In this document: positions 46,901 through 60,281 of the stretch, one piece after another
Layout of the letters: every line of letters begins with the position of its first letter
How positions within the stretch are numbered: the first letter of the stretch is position 1
Assembly (NCBI RefSeq): GCF_032444005.1
Contig: NC_091288.1
Coordinates: 212,536,001-212,600,000 of the forward strand
Direction: 5' to 3'
Length of the DNA stretch: 64,000 bases
DNA from: Ranitomeya imitator
Taxonomy: Eukaryota
Position numbers and translations under genes: made by a program
Notes under the pieces: generated by a model
What the model saw: only the letters and a program-made list of their open reading frames with translations
What the model was told of the DNA's origin: nothing
Database searches by the model: none

Positions 46901-49900
46901 CCCTGTGTCTGCCCTCCCACCTTCCAGACCCCCTGTGTGTGCCCTCCGAACCCCTGTGTCTGCCCTCCCACCTTCCAGACCCCCTGTGTGCATTCTCACC
47001 ACCTGTGCCCTCCCTTTGGGCCCCTGTGTCGCCCCTTCTGCCCTCCGGACCCCTGTGCCCACCCTGACGTCTGCAGCATTAGTGTAGGAGTGTTCTGAGA
47101 TCAGTGTCTGTGTCCCGCTCGGTTCCTCTAGGACGCCTCCCGCAGGTTCACCCTCCCCATCGGAGCAGCAGACGGCGCCTCCAAGCAGGAGAACTTTGTA
47201 CTGGGCAGCTCCAGGTGAGAGCCAGGGCTGGGGGGCTGCGCCGTACGGATGCAGGGGGGTGGCTGCACCACACTGACACCAGGGGGGGCTGCGCTGCACG
47301 GACGCAGGGGGCTGCACTGCACTGACACCAGGGGGGCAGCATCACACTGACGCCGGTGGTCACAGGCGGCACTGACTCTGCCCGTTTTTGCTTCCCAGCA
47401 CAGACCAGGTGAAGGGCGTCCTGACCCTACAAGGAGACACCCTGTGTCAGGCTGTGAGTATGCTCCCCTTCGCTGACGGCCAGCAGGGTGCTTGTTGCCC
47501 GCAGTTCTAATGGGGGGCAGGGTTGGGCCCGGGGGGCTGGGTTGTGCCCGGGGGGCTGGGTTGGGCCCGGGGGGCTGATCCGCACGATTTCTTGGCTTTG
47601 CAGGAAGTGAACCTGAAGGTGGCGAGGACCAACCAGACGCTGCACTTCGCCTTCCGGGACGACAAGCAATGGAAGATGCAGCAGGTGGGCGCACGACGTC
47701 CCAGGGGGTCCTAACAAATCAGAGCTGTATCCGTCAGCAGCAGTTTTCTCTGCTGCAGATGCTGCGGCGCCTCTTTTCTCCCAGTGACCTGTAGATATTG
47801 ATGTTTTTGCTTCCTCAGATTCAGGATGCCAGGAACCACGTGAATCAGGCGATTTATCTGCTCACAAACCGGGGCGAGAACTACACCTTCCAGACGGGCT
47901 CGGAGGTTCTGAAGGTGAGCGCGGGGGTCCCCAATAACAGGGGGTCCCCAAGAACAGGGGGTCCAGATCAGGGGAGCACCCGGGATGTGACACGTCCGCC
48001 GTCTCTTCTCTGCAGCTGATGGACGCCGTGATGCTGCAGCTGACCAGAGCCCGCAATCGCCTCACCACGCCGGCCACCATGACGCTCCCGGAGGTGGCCA
48101 CCAGCGGCCTGACGGTAAAATGCACGTGTATCTGCAGCACGGCTGCTAGGAACTGGTGGTGTGGAACTACAGGTCCCAGCGTGCCCAGATTGGTGCAGAT
48201 TGTCATGACATGCTGGGACTTGTAGTACTGGATTAGCTGAAAAAGTTGCAGACTGCCGGTATCGACTGAGGAGGGCGCTGAGCAGATGTAGCAGAGCTGA
48301 GCTCGTCATTGGCACCACATTGCAGCGTGCGGCTCTCGTTCACCCCAACTCTTCTCTGCTTTTAGAAAATGTTCACCCCGTCGCTCCCCGCGGACGTCCT
48401 GCTCAACTTCTATGTGAACGTGAACAAGCTCTGCCTCCTGGTCTACCAGCTGCACGGCCTGCAGCCCAGCTCCACCAAGGTGAGACACTGACACGGAGCC
48501 GCAGCTCTGCAGCCCAGCTCCACCAAGGTGAGACACTGACACGGAGCCGCAGCTCTGCAGCCCAGCTCCACCAAGGTGAGACACTGAGCCGCAGCTCTGC
48601 AGCCCAGCTCCACCAAGGTGAGACACTGACACGGAGCCGCAGCTCTGCAGCCCAGCTCCACCAAGGTGAGACACTGACACGGAGCCGCAGCTCTGCAGCC
48701 CAGCTCCACCAAGGTGAGACACTGACACGGAGCCGCAGCTCTGCAGCCCAGCTCCACCAAGGTGAGACACTGAGCCGCAGCTCTGCAGCCCAGCTCCACC
48801 AAGGTGAGACACTGACACGGAGCCGCAGCTCTGCAGCCCAGCTCCACCAAGGTGAGACACTGAGCCGCAGCTCTGCAGCCCAGCTCCACCAAGGTGAGAC
48901 ACTGACACGGAGCCGCAGCTCTGCAGCCCAGCTCCACCAAGGTGAGACACTGACACGGAGCCGCAGCTCTGCAGCCCAGCTCCACCAAGGTGAGACACTG
49001 ACACAAAGCCACAGCTCTGCAGCCCAACTCCACCAAGGTAAGACACTGACACGGAGCCGCAGCTCTGCAGCCCAGCTCCACTGAGGTGAGACACTGACAC
49101 GAAGCTGCAGCTCTGCAGCCCAACTCCACCGAGGTGAGACACTGACACAAAGCCACAGCTCTGCAGCCCAACTCCACCAAGGTAAGACACTGACACGGAG
49201 CCGCAGCTCTGCAGCCCAGCTCCACCAAGGTGAGACACTGACACGGAGCCGCAGCTCTGCAGCCCAGCTCCACTGAGGTGAGACACTGACACGGAGCCGC
49301 AGCTCTGCAGCCCAGCTCCACCAAGGTGAGACACTGACACGGAGCCGCAGCTCTGCAGCCCAGCTCCACCAAGGTGAGACACTGACACGGAGCCGCAGCT
49401 CTGCAGCCCAGCTCCACCAAGGTGAGACACTGACACGGAGCCGTAGCTCTGCAGCCCAGCTCCACCAAGGTGAGACACTGACACAAAGCCACAGCTCTGC
49501 AGCCCAACTCCACCAAGGTAAGACACTGACACGGAGCCGCAGCTCTGCAGCCCAGCTCCACTGAGGTGAGACACTGACACGAAGCTGCAGCTCTGCAGCC
49601 CAACTCCACCGAGGTGAGACACTGACACAAAGCCACAGCTCTGCAGCCCAACTCCACCAAGGTAAGACACTGACACGGAGCCGCAGCTCTGCAGCCCAGC
49701 TCCACTGAGGTGAGACACTGACACGAAGCTGCAGCTCTGCGGGGTTCCTGATCTTTCATAAAAGGGTATTGCAGGAAGAAGTTATCCAGTATCCACACCC
49801 TAAGTGCTAACATCTAGATCTTTGGGGGGTGACTGCTGAGCCCCTCATGGTCGCCAGCAGCGTGGCTCCACTTCTCACTAGGACCTGGCGGCTCCGGCCT

Positions 49901-51644
49901 CCTCTCACTAGGACCTGGTGGCTCCGGCCTCCTCTCACTAGGACACGGCGGCTCCGGCCTCCTCTCACTAGGACACGGCGGCTCCGGCCTCCTCTCACTA
50001 GGACACGGCGGCTCCGGCCTCCTCTCACTAGGACACGGCGGCTCCGGCCTCCTCTCACTAGGACACGGCGGCTCCGGCCTCCTCTCACTAGGACACGGCG
50101 GCTCCGGCCTCCTCTCACTAGGACACGGCGGCTCCGGCCTCCTCTCACTAGGACACGGCGGCTCCGGCCTCCTCTCACTAGGACACGGCGGCTCCGGCCT
50201 CCTCTCACTAGGACACGGCGGCTCCGGCCTCCTCTCACTAGGACACGGCGGCTCCGGCCTCCTCTCACTAGGACACGGCGGCTCCGGCCTCCTCTCACTA
50301 GGACACGGCGGCTCCGGCCTCCTCTCACTAGGACACGGCGGCTCCGGCCTCCTCTCACTAGGACACGGCGGCTCCGGCCTCCTCTCACTAGGACACGGCG
50401 GCTCCGGCCTCCTCTCACTAGGACACGGCGGCTCCGGCCTCCTCTCACTAGGACACGGCGGCTCCGGCCTCCTCTCACTAGGACACGGCGGCTCCGGCCT
50501 CCTCTCACTAGGACCTGGTGGCTCCGGCCTCCTCTCACTAGGACACGGCGGCTCCGGCCTCCTCTCACTAGGACACGGCGGCTCCGGCCTCCTCTCACTA
50601 GGACACGGCGGCTCCGGCCTCCTCTCACTAGGACACGGCGGCTCCGGCCTCCTCTCACTAGGACCTGGAGGCTCCGGCCTCCTCTCACTAGGACACGGCG
50701 GCTCCGGCCTCCTCTCACTAGGACACGGCGGCTCCGGCCTCCTCTCACTAGGACACGGCGGCTCCGGCCTCCTCTCACTAGGACACGGCGGCTCCGGCCT
50801 CCTCTCACTAGGACACGGCGGCTCCGGCTTCCTCTCACCATTGTCTCCTTCCTTCCTCTCTAGAATTTCCGTCCTGCCGGCAGCGCCGTCCTGCACAATC
50901 CCGGAGCCATGTTGTGAGTATGAGGGGGGCACATACTTCTGTTCACCAGGCCGGCCTCATCCTCGCAGATCGGATCGCACCACACGCTCATCTCAGCATG
51001 TGACGCTACAAGTGTATGACTCCTGGGGGGGTCCGGCCTCTGGGACCCCACAAATCCTCAGAATGAAGGGTCCCCAGTGTTGCTTTGGTTCTTTTCAAGT
51101 TCATGGGCGGTGGAGGGCGAGCGCTGCTGTGCAGGGAAAACACAGAGCCGCACCGTGGCTCCTTCATTCACAGTCACCAGCGGGGTCCAGAGGTCGGACC
51201 CCCAGGGATCATTAAGTCACGCCGTTGTTTCAGGCCAAACTGATCCTCCATGTCCTGAAGTGCAGGAGCTGACGGGTGGGAGCCGGGGTCGGCCGAGTGT
51301 CTGTTCCTGTGAAGGTCAACCTCAGAATTTTCCCAGCAGCTTTGGCTGTGACTGGAGGATAATTTCTGCCTACAGCTGTGCTTTCTGCCTCCTCACAGTG
51401 AGCTGAACACCCAGCGCTTCGAGGTCAGCCAGGTCCACAAGGTGGAGTGCGTGGTCCCGTGGCTGAACGACGCTCTGGTCTTCTTCACCGTCTCACTGCA
51501 GCTCTGCCAGCAGCTCAAGGACAAGGTGCGAGTCCTCCATGAGTCCCACAGACCTCCCGGCCTCCGGGGGCGCTGCTGACCGCCGCTCTGCTTCCTTCAC
51601 AGATCTCCATATTCTCCAGCTACTGGAACTTCCGACCGTACTAA
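40978..51644 (+). CDS. ROGDI: Protein rogdi homolog (Rabconnectin-3/RAVE-type V-ATPase assembly component), 288 aa
   Basis: 11 GT-AG coding exons: 40978-41025, 45782-45853, 47132-47214, 47399-47453, 47604-47684, 47819-47914, 48016-48114, 48366-48479, 50864-50913, 51399-51525, 51603-51644 (867 nt). Motifs [39 protein letters not shown] and [32 protein letters not shown]. Confidence 0.96.
42181..45378. repeat. Purine-rich 43-bp minisatellite in ROGDI intron 1
   Basis: Unit GCAGCACGGGAGAAGCCTC(T/G)CAGGACAGGGATAGAGGAAAGGT. Confidence 0.95.
46073..47060. repeat. C-rich composite minisatellite in ROGDI intron 2
   Basis: Variable units built on CCCCTGTGTCTGCCCTCCCACCTTCCAGACC and CCCTGTGTGTGCCCTCC(A/G)GACC. 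Confidence 0.88.
48459..49740 (+). repeat. 48-bp minisatellite made of the ROGDI exon 8 3' end plus its splice donor, about 27 copies
   Basis: Unit CTGCAGCCCAGCTCCACCAAG|GTGAGACACTGACACGGAGCCGCAGCT; the first copy is the real exon end (48479); some units are 42 bp. Confidence 0.93.
49875..50838. repeat. 30-bp near-perfect minisatellite in ROGDI intron 8
   Basis: Unit GGCGGCTCCGGCCTCCTCTCACTAGGACAC, about 32 copies, ending about 25 nt before the exon 9 acceptor. Confidence 0.96.
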
Positions 51645-52376
51645 GTCTGGTTGGCGGCCATGATGGACGGAGCGCATGGACGGGGCCGACCCTGACCCGT
51701 AGGACCCTCAGTGTGTAACGTCCGGGCCGAGCACGCACGCCGTCACCTGATGTACATTCCGTATTATTTATTACATTCAGCGAGAAAGAAGGGAAATCGT
51801 CCAGATCCTCCGTGCAATTCGGGACCCCGCCTGGGAAGGCTGGGCGACCACCGCTCCTGCACAGGTAGTCACCCAGCTTTCCCAAGCTCCTGTGTGTCAG
51901 ATCGGCAGCAAATGTACATTGCAGCCGCTCTCATTCATAGCCATAAATGCTGAAAAGTGATCTCAAGCATGCTCTGGGGTTGCCATGGCAACCCCAGAGC
52001 ATGCGCAATAATTTTTCTTAAAAGGTGCAAAAAACTTTTCTTTTTTTTTTTATCTGCTGCTGTCGCCTCCCTCTGTTGCAGGGTGGCGCTGTAGGGCACG
52101 TGCTGTAACGCTGCAGTTCCCCTGTTCTGACACCAGGTGGTGCCAGTGTAGGTGTTTTTTTTTTTTCCCTATTGTTTGTATACCGTCCGTCCTTTTATAT
52201 ACAGTAATGCTGTTTGATATGTAGCTACGAGGAACAAGTTGTCACCTACGCTCCCCTCCCCCACGTACCTATTCACAATCACCTTTATCGTCACCCCCGC
52301 GCATGCACGCACACGCATGCACCCTCCGCTCACTTATGTTCTTCCTTTGTAAATAGAGTCATGGAAATGTGCTTAA

Positions 52377-52382
52377 AATAAA
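52377..52382 (+). terminator. Probable ROGDI polyadenylation signal
   Basis: AATAAA about 730 nt after the stop codon; not transcript-verified. Confidence 0.5.
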
Positions 52383-53533
52383 AAGCTGAGTCTCCGCTTA
52401 TGAATCTTTTATTGTCTCCGCTCCTGAAGCTGCACCTGGTCCCCCGACGCCGAACAATGAGCGGAAGATGATGGCGGATTACAACACTGAGGTTCAGTCT
52501 AAGGGATGTTGGGTGAGACCCCAAAATAACAGGTGCCGTTCCTGCATCCGCCACCAGGGGGAGCTCACTGCTGTCACCTGCAGAACAGGACAGTGTGCAT
52601 GGGCTCCCTCTGGTGGTGGCTGCCGGTATGGAGAATTGGAACTAAAAACTGATCAATTAATAGATTTTATAACCGTTTAGTTTTGCCATAACGTTAGAAT
52701 TACAGTTTACATACAGGTTCATCCTTATGGAACCAACACCAGATATCCGGGAGGTAGTCATCTGATAACTTAAAGGGGTCATCTAGGATTTGAAAAAAAA
52801 ACAAAACCTGGATGGCTTCCTTGTAGAAACAGCACCACCCCCTGACTACAGGTTGGGTCTGGTACTGCAGCTCCCCTCTATTGAAGTGAATGTGACTGAG
52901 CTGCAGTACCACACTCAGCCTGTCGAGAGGGGTGGCGCCGTGTCTACAAGAATAAAGCTGTTTGTGTAATCCTGGGCAAGTCCTGGCCTTCTCCGATTGC
53001 ATCCAAAGCGGAATGTTTCACTCTAGCGGAGGCGACAATCTGGTATAACGGGTTTTATTGCAGCTCCGTTGTGGATAATTAACACTCACCTGCAATATTT
53101 CTGCCCCCTCCTCCACATTCCTGCTGCTTTCTGACCTTTGATTTGCCGCTCGATCTGTCCCTTACCTTCCCCCTCCCCCCACTCGCTTCCTAATATCTGA
53201 CCTCCATGTGCAGTGGATAGGGGGAACTGCCTGCACTCTCTTCCACCACCTGCTGGTGAATATGGGAATTGCAGGTGTGTTTCTCACTGGAGGGAATGTG
53301 CAAAATTTATCTGTAAAATCAAATCATCCCTAAATGGCATAATCAAGACTGTGCAGGCCATAATTAAGGAATTATCCTGGGGGTGGGGGGGTGCCGTCCC
53401 TTTAAATAGGCTTGAAATCGAGAAGGAATGGTAGCTGCAGCCGGAAACGCACCCACCTTACCTTTTACTCCTGCCTCTTCATTTAGCTCTCGCACATTCC
53501 AGTGCCCCAGGGGGATCGCAGACCATCTCTTAA

Positions 53534-53719
53534 AGGGGTGATCAAGTTTATAAAACCCCCTTTTTTTTTTTTTTTTTATCCAAACAATTTGGATTCAGTG
53601 AGAATTGTGTAATGCCTCATTTCTCCTGTAGGGGCGCTGCAGGGACAGAATTCTTGATAGCTGATCACAGGAGATCAGGTGATCATCAGGACTCTTACTG
53701 TCCAAAAATGACAATCCCT
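53534..53719. mobile_element. Short T2/Kolobok-like MITE
   Basis: TTAA|AGGGGTGATC ... GACAATCCCT|TTAA (TTAA at 53530-53533 and 53720-53723); imperfect TIRs. Confidence 0.45.
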
Positions 53720-54757
53720 TTAAATGTCCGGAGTACCCCTTTAATTATTTTATTTCTCATTTGATGTCACCTGAGCGGCGTAGTCCAGAGTGTTGACTTC
53801 CAGCCAAGAAGAGGTTAATACAAAACTTGCTTTTTTATCACTCGGAGATCTGAGTCATCGTCACATGAACGGATTCACATTAATGTCATTTTCTGCTTTT
53901 TGTTTTTCACGCTGTTAACCCCTCATACCCCAAATCTTCTGCTCCAAGTGTATAAAGCTCCTCTCCCTTATTATTGTCTGCAGTCACTAATCCTATGGGA
54001 GAAGAGATGCAGGGTAAAGCATGGCGGAGCGACCGCGCAGCACCCTGCCCCTCTGACGGGGCAGGAGGGGACTTTGTGACTACCTTGCACCCCTATGGAA
54101 GAAGGGAGGCATCCACAAATTCATAGGTAGATGTGACATTAAGGGGATAGAAGTGGAAAACCCCTTTAAGAGACACTTGGTCCGATAAAGCGGCCCCTGC
54201 CGTGACAGTGGGGGCAATGGAAGGCACCGTGGGACCCCCAAGTTTCTTGTCCTTTCATACAAATAGACAAAAGTTTTAAAAAACTTTATTTTACAGCAAA
54301 ATATCTTATTTGCATTTTTTTTTTGTTGTTTAATTTAAATTGGTTTTGAATGTATTGCTCTATTCACACCCAAAGCTGCAAATACAATCCTGGCAGGTCC
54401 CTCAATGTAGCTTCACATCACCAACATCACCCCAAATCCTGAATGCAGCTCTGGGTGTGAGTGGAGAAAACCACAAGGAGCGAAAGATGCAACATTGACA
54501 AGACACAAAATCTGAAGGAAACTTATAAAGAAAGACATCTGGTAGGAATCAATGGGACCCCAGGGGAGGAAAAGAGAACTGTGCCCTCTAGTGGTGAAGG
54601 GGCTTATGGCAGCATATATGCTAATAATATCTATTAATACAATCAGTGTTAATACGTCCTACATGTGATAATAATCCAGGGAAAGTAAGCGCATAACAAA
54701 ACCTCAGTGATTCAGTTTTATTGTCTCCATTAGCTGTCAACCCAGCGATGGGTGAGA

Positions 54758-57700
54758 CTATGGCTCCAGAGCGAGATTGTCAACCCCAACTTTCTGTTTA
54801 TATTTTCTCTGTAAAAAAAATGAGAAAAATTCATACATTACTGATCGAGTGCAAAAATATAACTACTATAATACTGCCCCTATGTACAAGAATATCACTA
54901 CTATAATACTGCTCCTATGTACAAGAATATAACTACTATAATACTGCTCCTATGTACAAGAATATAACTACTATAATACTGCCCCTATGTACAAGAATAT
55001 AACTACTATAATACTGTCCCTATGTACAAGAATATAACTACTATAATACTGCTCCTATGTACAAGAATATCACTACTATAATACTGCCCCTATGTACAAG
55101 AATATAACTACTATAATACTGCCCCCTATATACAAGAATAACTACTATAATACTGCCCCTATGTACAAGAATATAACTACTATAATACTGCCCCTATGTA
55201 CAAGAATATAACTACTATAATACTGCCCCTATGTACAAGAATATAACTACTATAATACTGTCCTCTATATACAGGAATATAACTACTATAATACTGCCCC
55301 TATGTTCAAGAATATAACTACTATAATACTGCCCCTATGTACAAGAATATCACTACTATAATACTACCCCTATGTACAAGAATATAACTACTATAATACT
55401 GCTCCTATGTACAAGAATATAACTACTATAATACTGCTCCTATGTACAAGAATATAACTACTATAATACTGCCCCTATGTACAAGAATATAACTACTATA
55501 ATACTGCCCCTATGTACAAGAATATAACTACTATAATACTGCTCCTATGTACAAGAATATAACTACTATAATACTACCCCTATGTACAAGAATATAACTA
55601 CTATAATACTGCCCCTATGTACAGGAATATAACTACTATAATACTGCCCCTATGTACAAGAATATAACTACTATAATACTGCCCCTATGTACAAGAATAT
55701 AACTACTATAATACTGCCCCTATGTACAAGAATATAACTACTATAATACTGCCCCTATGTACAAGAATATAACTACTATAATACTGCCCCTATGTACAAG
55801 AATATAACTACTATAATACTGCCCCTATGTACAAGAATATAACTACTATAATACTGCTCCTATGTACAAGAATATAACTACTATAATACTACCCCTATGT
55901 ACAAGAATATAACTACTATAATACTGCCCCTATGTACAAGAATATAACTACTATAATACTGCTCCTATGTACAAGAATATAACTACTATAATACTGCCCC
56001 TATGTAGAAGAATATAACTACTATAATACTGCCCCTATGTACAAGAATATAACTACTATAATACTGCCCCTATGTACAAGAATATAACTACTATAATACT
56101 GCCCCTATGTACAAGAATATAACTACTATAATACTGCCCCTATGTACAAGAATATAACTACTATAATACTGCCCCTATGTACAAGAATATAACTAATATA
56201 ATACTGCTCCTATGTACAAGAATATAACTACTATAATACTACCCCTATGTACAAGAATATAACTACTATAATACTGCCCCTATGTACAAGAATATCACTA
56301 CTATAATACTACCCCTATGTACAAGAATATAACTACTATAATACTGCTCCTATGTACAGGAATATAACTACTATAATACTGCCCCTATGTACAAGAATAT
56401 AACTACTATAATACTGCCCCTATGTACAAGAATATAACTACTATAATACTGCTCCTATGTACAAGAATATAACTACTATAATACTGCCCCTATGTACAAG
56501 AATATCACTACTATAATACTACCCCTATGTACAAGAATATAACTACTATAATACTGCTCCTATGTACAGGAATATAACTACTATAATACTGCCCCTATGA
56601 CAAGAATATAACTACTATAATACTGCCCCTATGTACAAGAATATAACTACTATAATACTGCTCCTATATACAAGAATATAACTACTATAATACTGCTCCT
56701 ATGTACAAGAATATAACTACTATAATACTGCTCCTATGTACAAGAATATAACTACTATAATACTGCTCCTATGTACAAGAATATAACTACTATAATACTG
56801 CCCCCTATGTACCAGAATATAACTACTATAATACTGCCCCTATGTACAAGACTATAACTACTATAATACTGCTCCTATGTACAAGAATATAACTACTATA
56901 ATACTGCTCCTATGTACAAGAATATAACTACTATAATACTACTCCTATGTACAAGAATATAACTACTATAATACTGCCCCCTATGTACAAGAATATAACT
57001 ACTACAATACTGCCCCTATGTACAAGACTATAACTACTATAATACTGCTCCTATGTACAAGAATATAACTACTATAATACTGCCCCTATGTACAGGAATA
57101 TAACTACTATAATACTGCTCCTATGTACAAGAATATAACTACTATAATACTGCCCCTATGTACAAGAATATAACTACTATAATACTGCTCCTATGTACAA
57201 GAATATAACTACTATAATACTGCCCCCTATGTACAAGAATATAACTACTATAATACTGCCCCTATGTACAAGAATATAACTACTATAATACTGCCCCTAT
57301 GTACAAGACTATAACTACTATAATACTGCCCCTATGTACAAGACTATAACTACTATAATACTGCTCCCTATGTACAAGAATATAACTACTATAATACTGC
57401 CCCCTATGTACAAGAATATAACTACTATAATACTGCTCCCTATGTACAAGACTATAACTACTATAATACTGCCCCCTATGTACAAGAATATAACTACTAT
57501 AATACTGTCCCTATGTACAAGAATATAACTACTATAATACTGCTCCTATGTACAAGAATATAACTACTATAATACTGCCCCTATGTACAAGAATATAACT
57601 ACTATAATACTGCTCCTATGTACAAGAATATAACTACTATAATACTGCCTCCTATGTACAAGGATATAACTACTATAATACTGCCTCCTATGTACAAGAA

Positions 57701-58779
57701 TATAACTACTATAATACTGCCTCCTATGTACAGGAATATAACTACTATAATACTGCCCCTATGTACAAGAATATAACTACTATAATACTGCTATGTACAA
57801 GAATATAACTACTATAATACTGCCCCTATATACAAGAATATAACTACTATAATGCTATCTTCCCTTTCTGTCCGTGTGCTGGACTCTCTTTTGTCCCCTC
57901 GTTATCACTAGTTAGTTACTATGAGCGGTTATCTGTCAGTTGATTACACATTATTGCGGTACATATTATTACGGTACAGATATGGCAGTCATTTTCTTTT
58001 CCTGTGTCTGCTCCTAGAGATAAGTCGGTCTGTGTTACCATTGTGCTGTATGTGCTGGGATGTGGCGACACTCTCACTCCCTGTCTGCTTTCTCGCCTGC
58101 CCCCATACTCTTTTGCTCTCCTATGTTTATTGGGGGTCTCTCCGCGCTCTTGCTATTGCCCTGATGTCCGGGATGATGTGATTTTGTTGTCATTATTTTC
58201 TCACGTTTATGTTTCCTACAGTCTCTGCAGCCAGAATCGGATTATTTTCTTTTATGGCTGAATGACTTGGAAAACAGAAATTGCGGCATTACTGGGAGGG
58301 CGGCGTGATATGGCGGCACTCTTCCTATGGAACGCAAGATTTGTAGTATAAGGTCCATGGGTCACCGGGGGCATTAATATTGGACTCGTCTTAGAATTTA
58401 TTGCTGATATTTTGGGTAAGGTATAGCGGTTACCCAGAGAGCGCGTGGTATTTGAGCACTATATGGGGGTATTATTTGGGTCTGTATTGTTATGATGACG
58501 TCTCACACAATATAAGGTGGAATTTTCCCTAAACCTCTGGAGTGTTGAGACCTAATCCAATATGGCCCCCGAGGACCGAGGATTGCCGGTCCTGTGTCTC
58601 CTTGTGCGCCAGGAATTCATTGGCTGCAATTTGCGTCTTAGCGGAGCTGACGGCTCGGTCCGCGGGGAGAAGGCGACAGGCGCAGACTCGTGTTACCTTG
58701 TCCACTTGGGAATCGCAGTCACAGCAACAGCAGCAACAGCATCTGATGAGGACCAGGAGGATGAGGAGGAGGATGAGCC
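54758..58779 (-). CDS. SMIM22: SMIM22 (CASIMO1)-like single-pass microprotein, last two coding exons; first coding exon not found in window
   Basis: Exon 58779-58697 (GG + LILLLILLVLIRCCCCCCCDCDSQVDK; CCCCAG acceptor, AAG|GTAACA donor) and exon 54808-54758 (RKYKQKVGVDNLALEP*; TTTTTTTTACAG acceptor). Minus-strand AATAAA at 54722-54717. The C-terminus matches my recollection of human SMIM22 (GVDNLALEP), and the position convergent with ROGDI matches human synteny. Confidence 0.8.
54856..57853. repeat. AT-rich 35-bp minisatellite, about 85 copies, in the last SMIM22 intron
   Basis: Unit AACTACTATAATACTGCCCCTATGTACAAGAATAT. Confidence 0.96.
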
Positions 58780-58929
58780 CTGGGGACAGAAGGACGGATG
58801 ACAGATGGGTCCACAATGGCGGGATGGGTGATTGTACGCAGCCTGCGCACACTTCTATCACTTTCCTGGACTCTTTACCCCATAATCAGGCAGTGCAAAC
58901 AGGCTGACCATCCCCCGATGACGGAGAAG

Positions 58930-59803
58930 CCCATATACAATCTCTTGCCCGCTCGTGCCGCTTACACCTAAAGAACATCTCTAGAATCCGCCCTTTTCTC
59001 ACCATTGAGACAGCTAAAACCCTCACGGTCGCCCTGATCCACTCCCGCCTGGACTACTGTAACGCTCTATTAATTGGCCTCCCCCTCACTCGACTTTCCC
59101 CTCTCCAGTCCATCCTTAATGCAGCAGCCAGGGTCGTCCATCTGGCTAATCGTTACTCGGACGCGTCCGCTCTTCGCCAGTCGTTACACTGGCTGCCCAT
59201 TCATTACAGGATACAATTCAAAGTACTTGTTTTCACCCACAAAGCTCTCCACAGTGCGGCACCCCCTTACATCTCCTCCCTCATTTCTGTCTATCAGCCT
59301 AACAGACCACTGCGCTCTGCAAATGACTTTCGGCTAACCTCTGCACTAATCCGTACCTCCCACTCCCGACTCCAAGACTTCTCCCGTGCTGCGCCAATCC
59401 TCTGGAATGCTCTACCCAAGATATTAGGACCATCCATAATTTGCATAGTTTTAGGCGCTCGCTCAAAACACATTTGTTCAGAGCGGCCTATCACGTTCAC
59501 TAATCAAAGTTATGTTATGTGTGTGTGTGTGTAGCCCATTCACTATCCCCATCTATTCCCCAACCCCTGAAGATGGCCGGACCATGATTGTAAATACATC
59601 ATTGTAAATACACACCTGTACTTTGTATCTCCCCCACCTCATTGTAGATTGTAAGCTCTCACGAGCAGGGTCGTCTTATTTTGCTTTAATTATTGTATTG
59701 TTAACGTTGTTACTTATGACTTTTGTGTTTGAAACTGTTAAACTGTAAAGCGCTGCGGAATATGTTGGCGCTATATAAATAAAGATTATTATTATTATTA
59801 TTA
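58930..59803 (+). mobile_element. 5'-truncated L2/CR1-group LINE 3' fragment
   Basis: A plus-strand frame reads ...AKTLTVALIHSRLDYCNALLIGLP...LQSILNAAAR...LHWLPIHYRIQFKVLVFTHKALH...[13 protein letters not shown] (L2-type C-terminus); ends AATAAAG(ATT)n. Confidence 0.85.
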
Positions 59804-60281
59804 GAAGCACACAATTGTTCGTCAGGTGAAACGATCTTTTGATTTGCATAAAACATCATTGGTCTCGGCAGCACATCGTTCTGTGTAACCACGATGTGCT
59901 GCTGAGAACATTGGCGGCCTGTGCGCAGTGAGCGATGTATTACAGATCGTTCATCGCGCGGTCTGCCTGTGTAGACGGGCTGCTAAACCACCATCGGCGA
60001 ACACAGGCACCCACCGATGCACTCGATCAGTCACTCCGTGGCCCCCCACCATATATACTCAGGTGGGCAAAATTAAAACTCACTGACTAGCCCACCCAAG
60101 CACGTGCTCAGGCACTAGGTAGCTTAGAAGCTCATCTAAGCATACGATCGAGTGCTCGATAACTCACTCATTGTGGGAAGCCCCTGAGGAAGCCGCGCTC
60201 AATAGTGCACTCAGGGATTTGGGCACTCTATTACACACCTTTTTAGGAGGTCACTTAGGCAGCCAATAGCTCACATACCTA

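Noticed and set aside
49807-50932. 344-372-aa ORFs in three frames
   Set aside because: 30-bp intronic repeat artefact.
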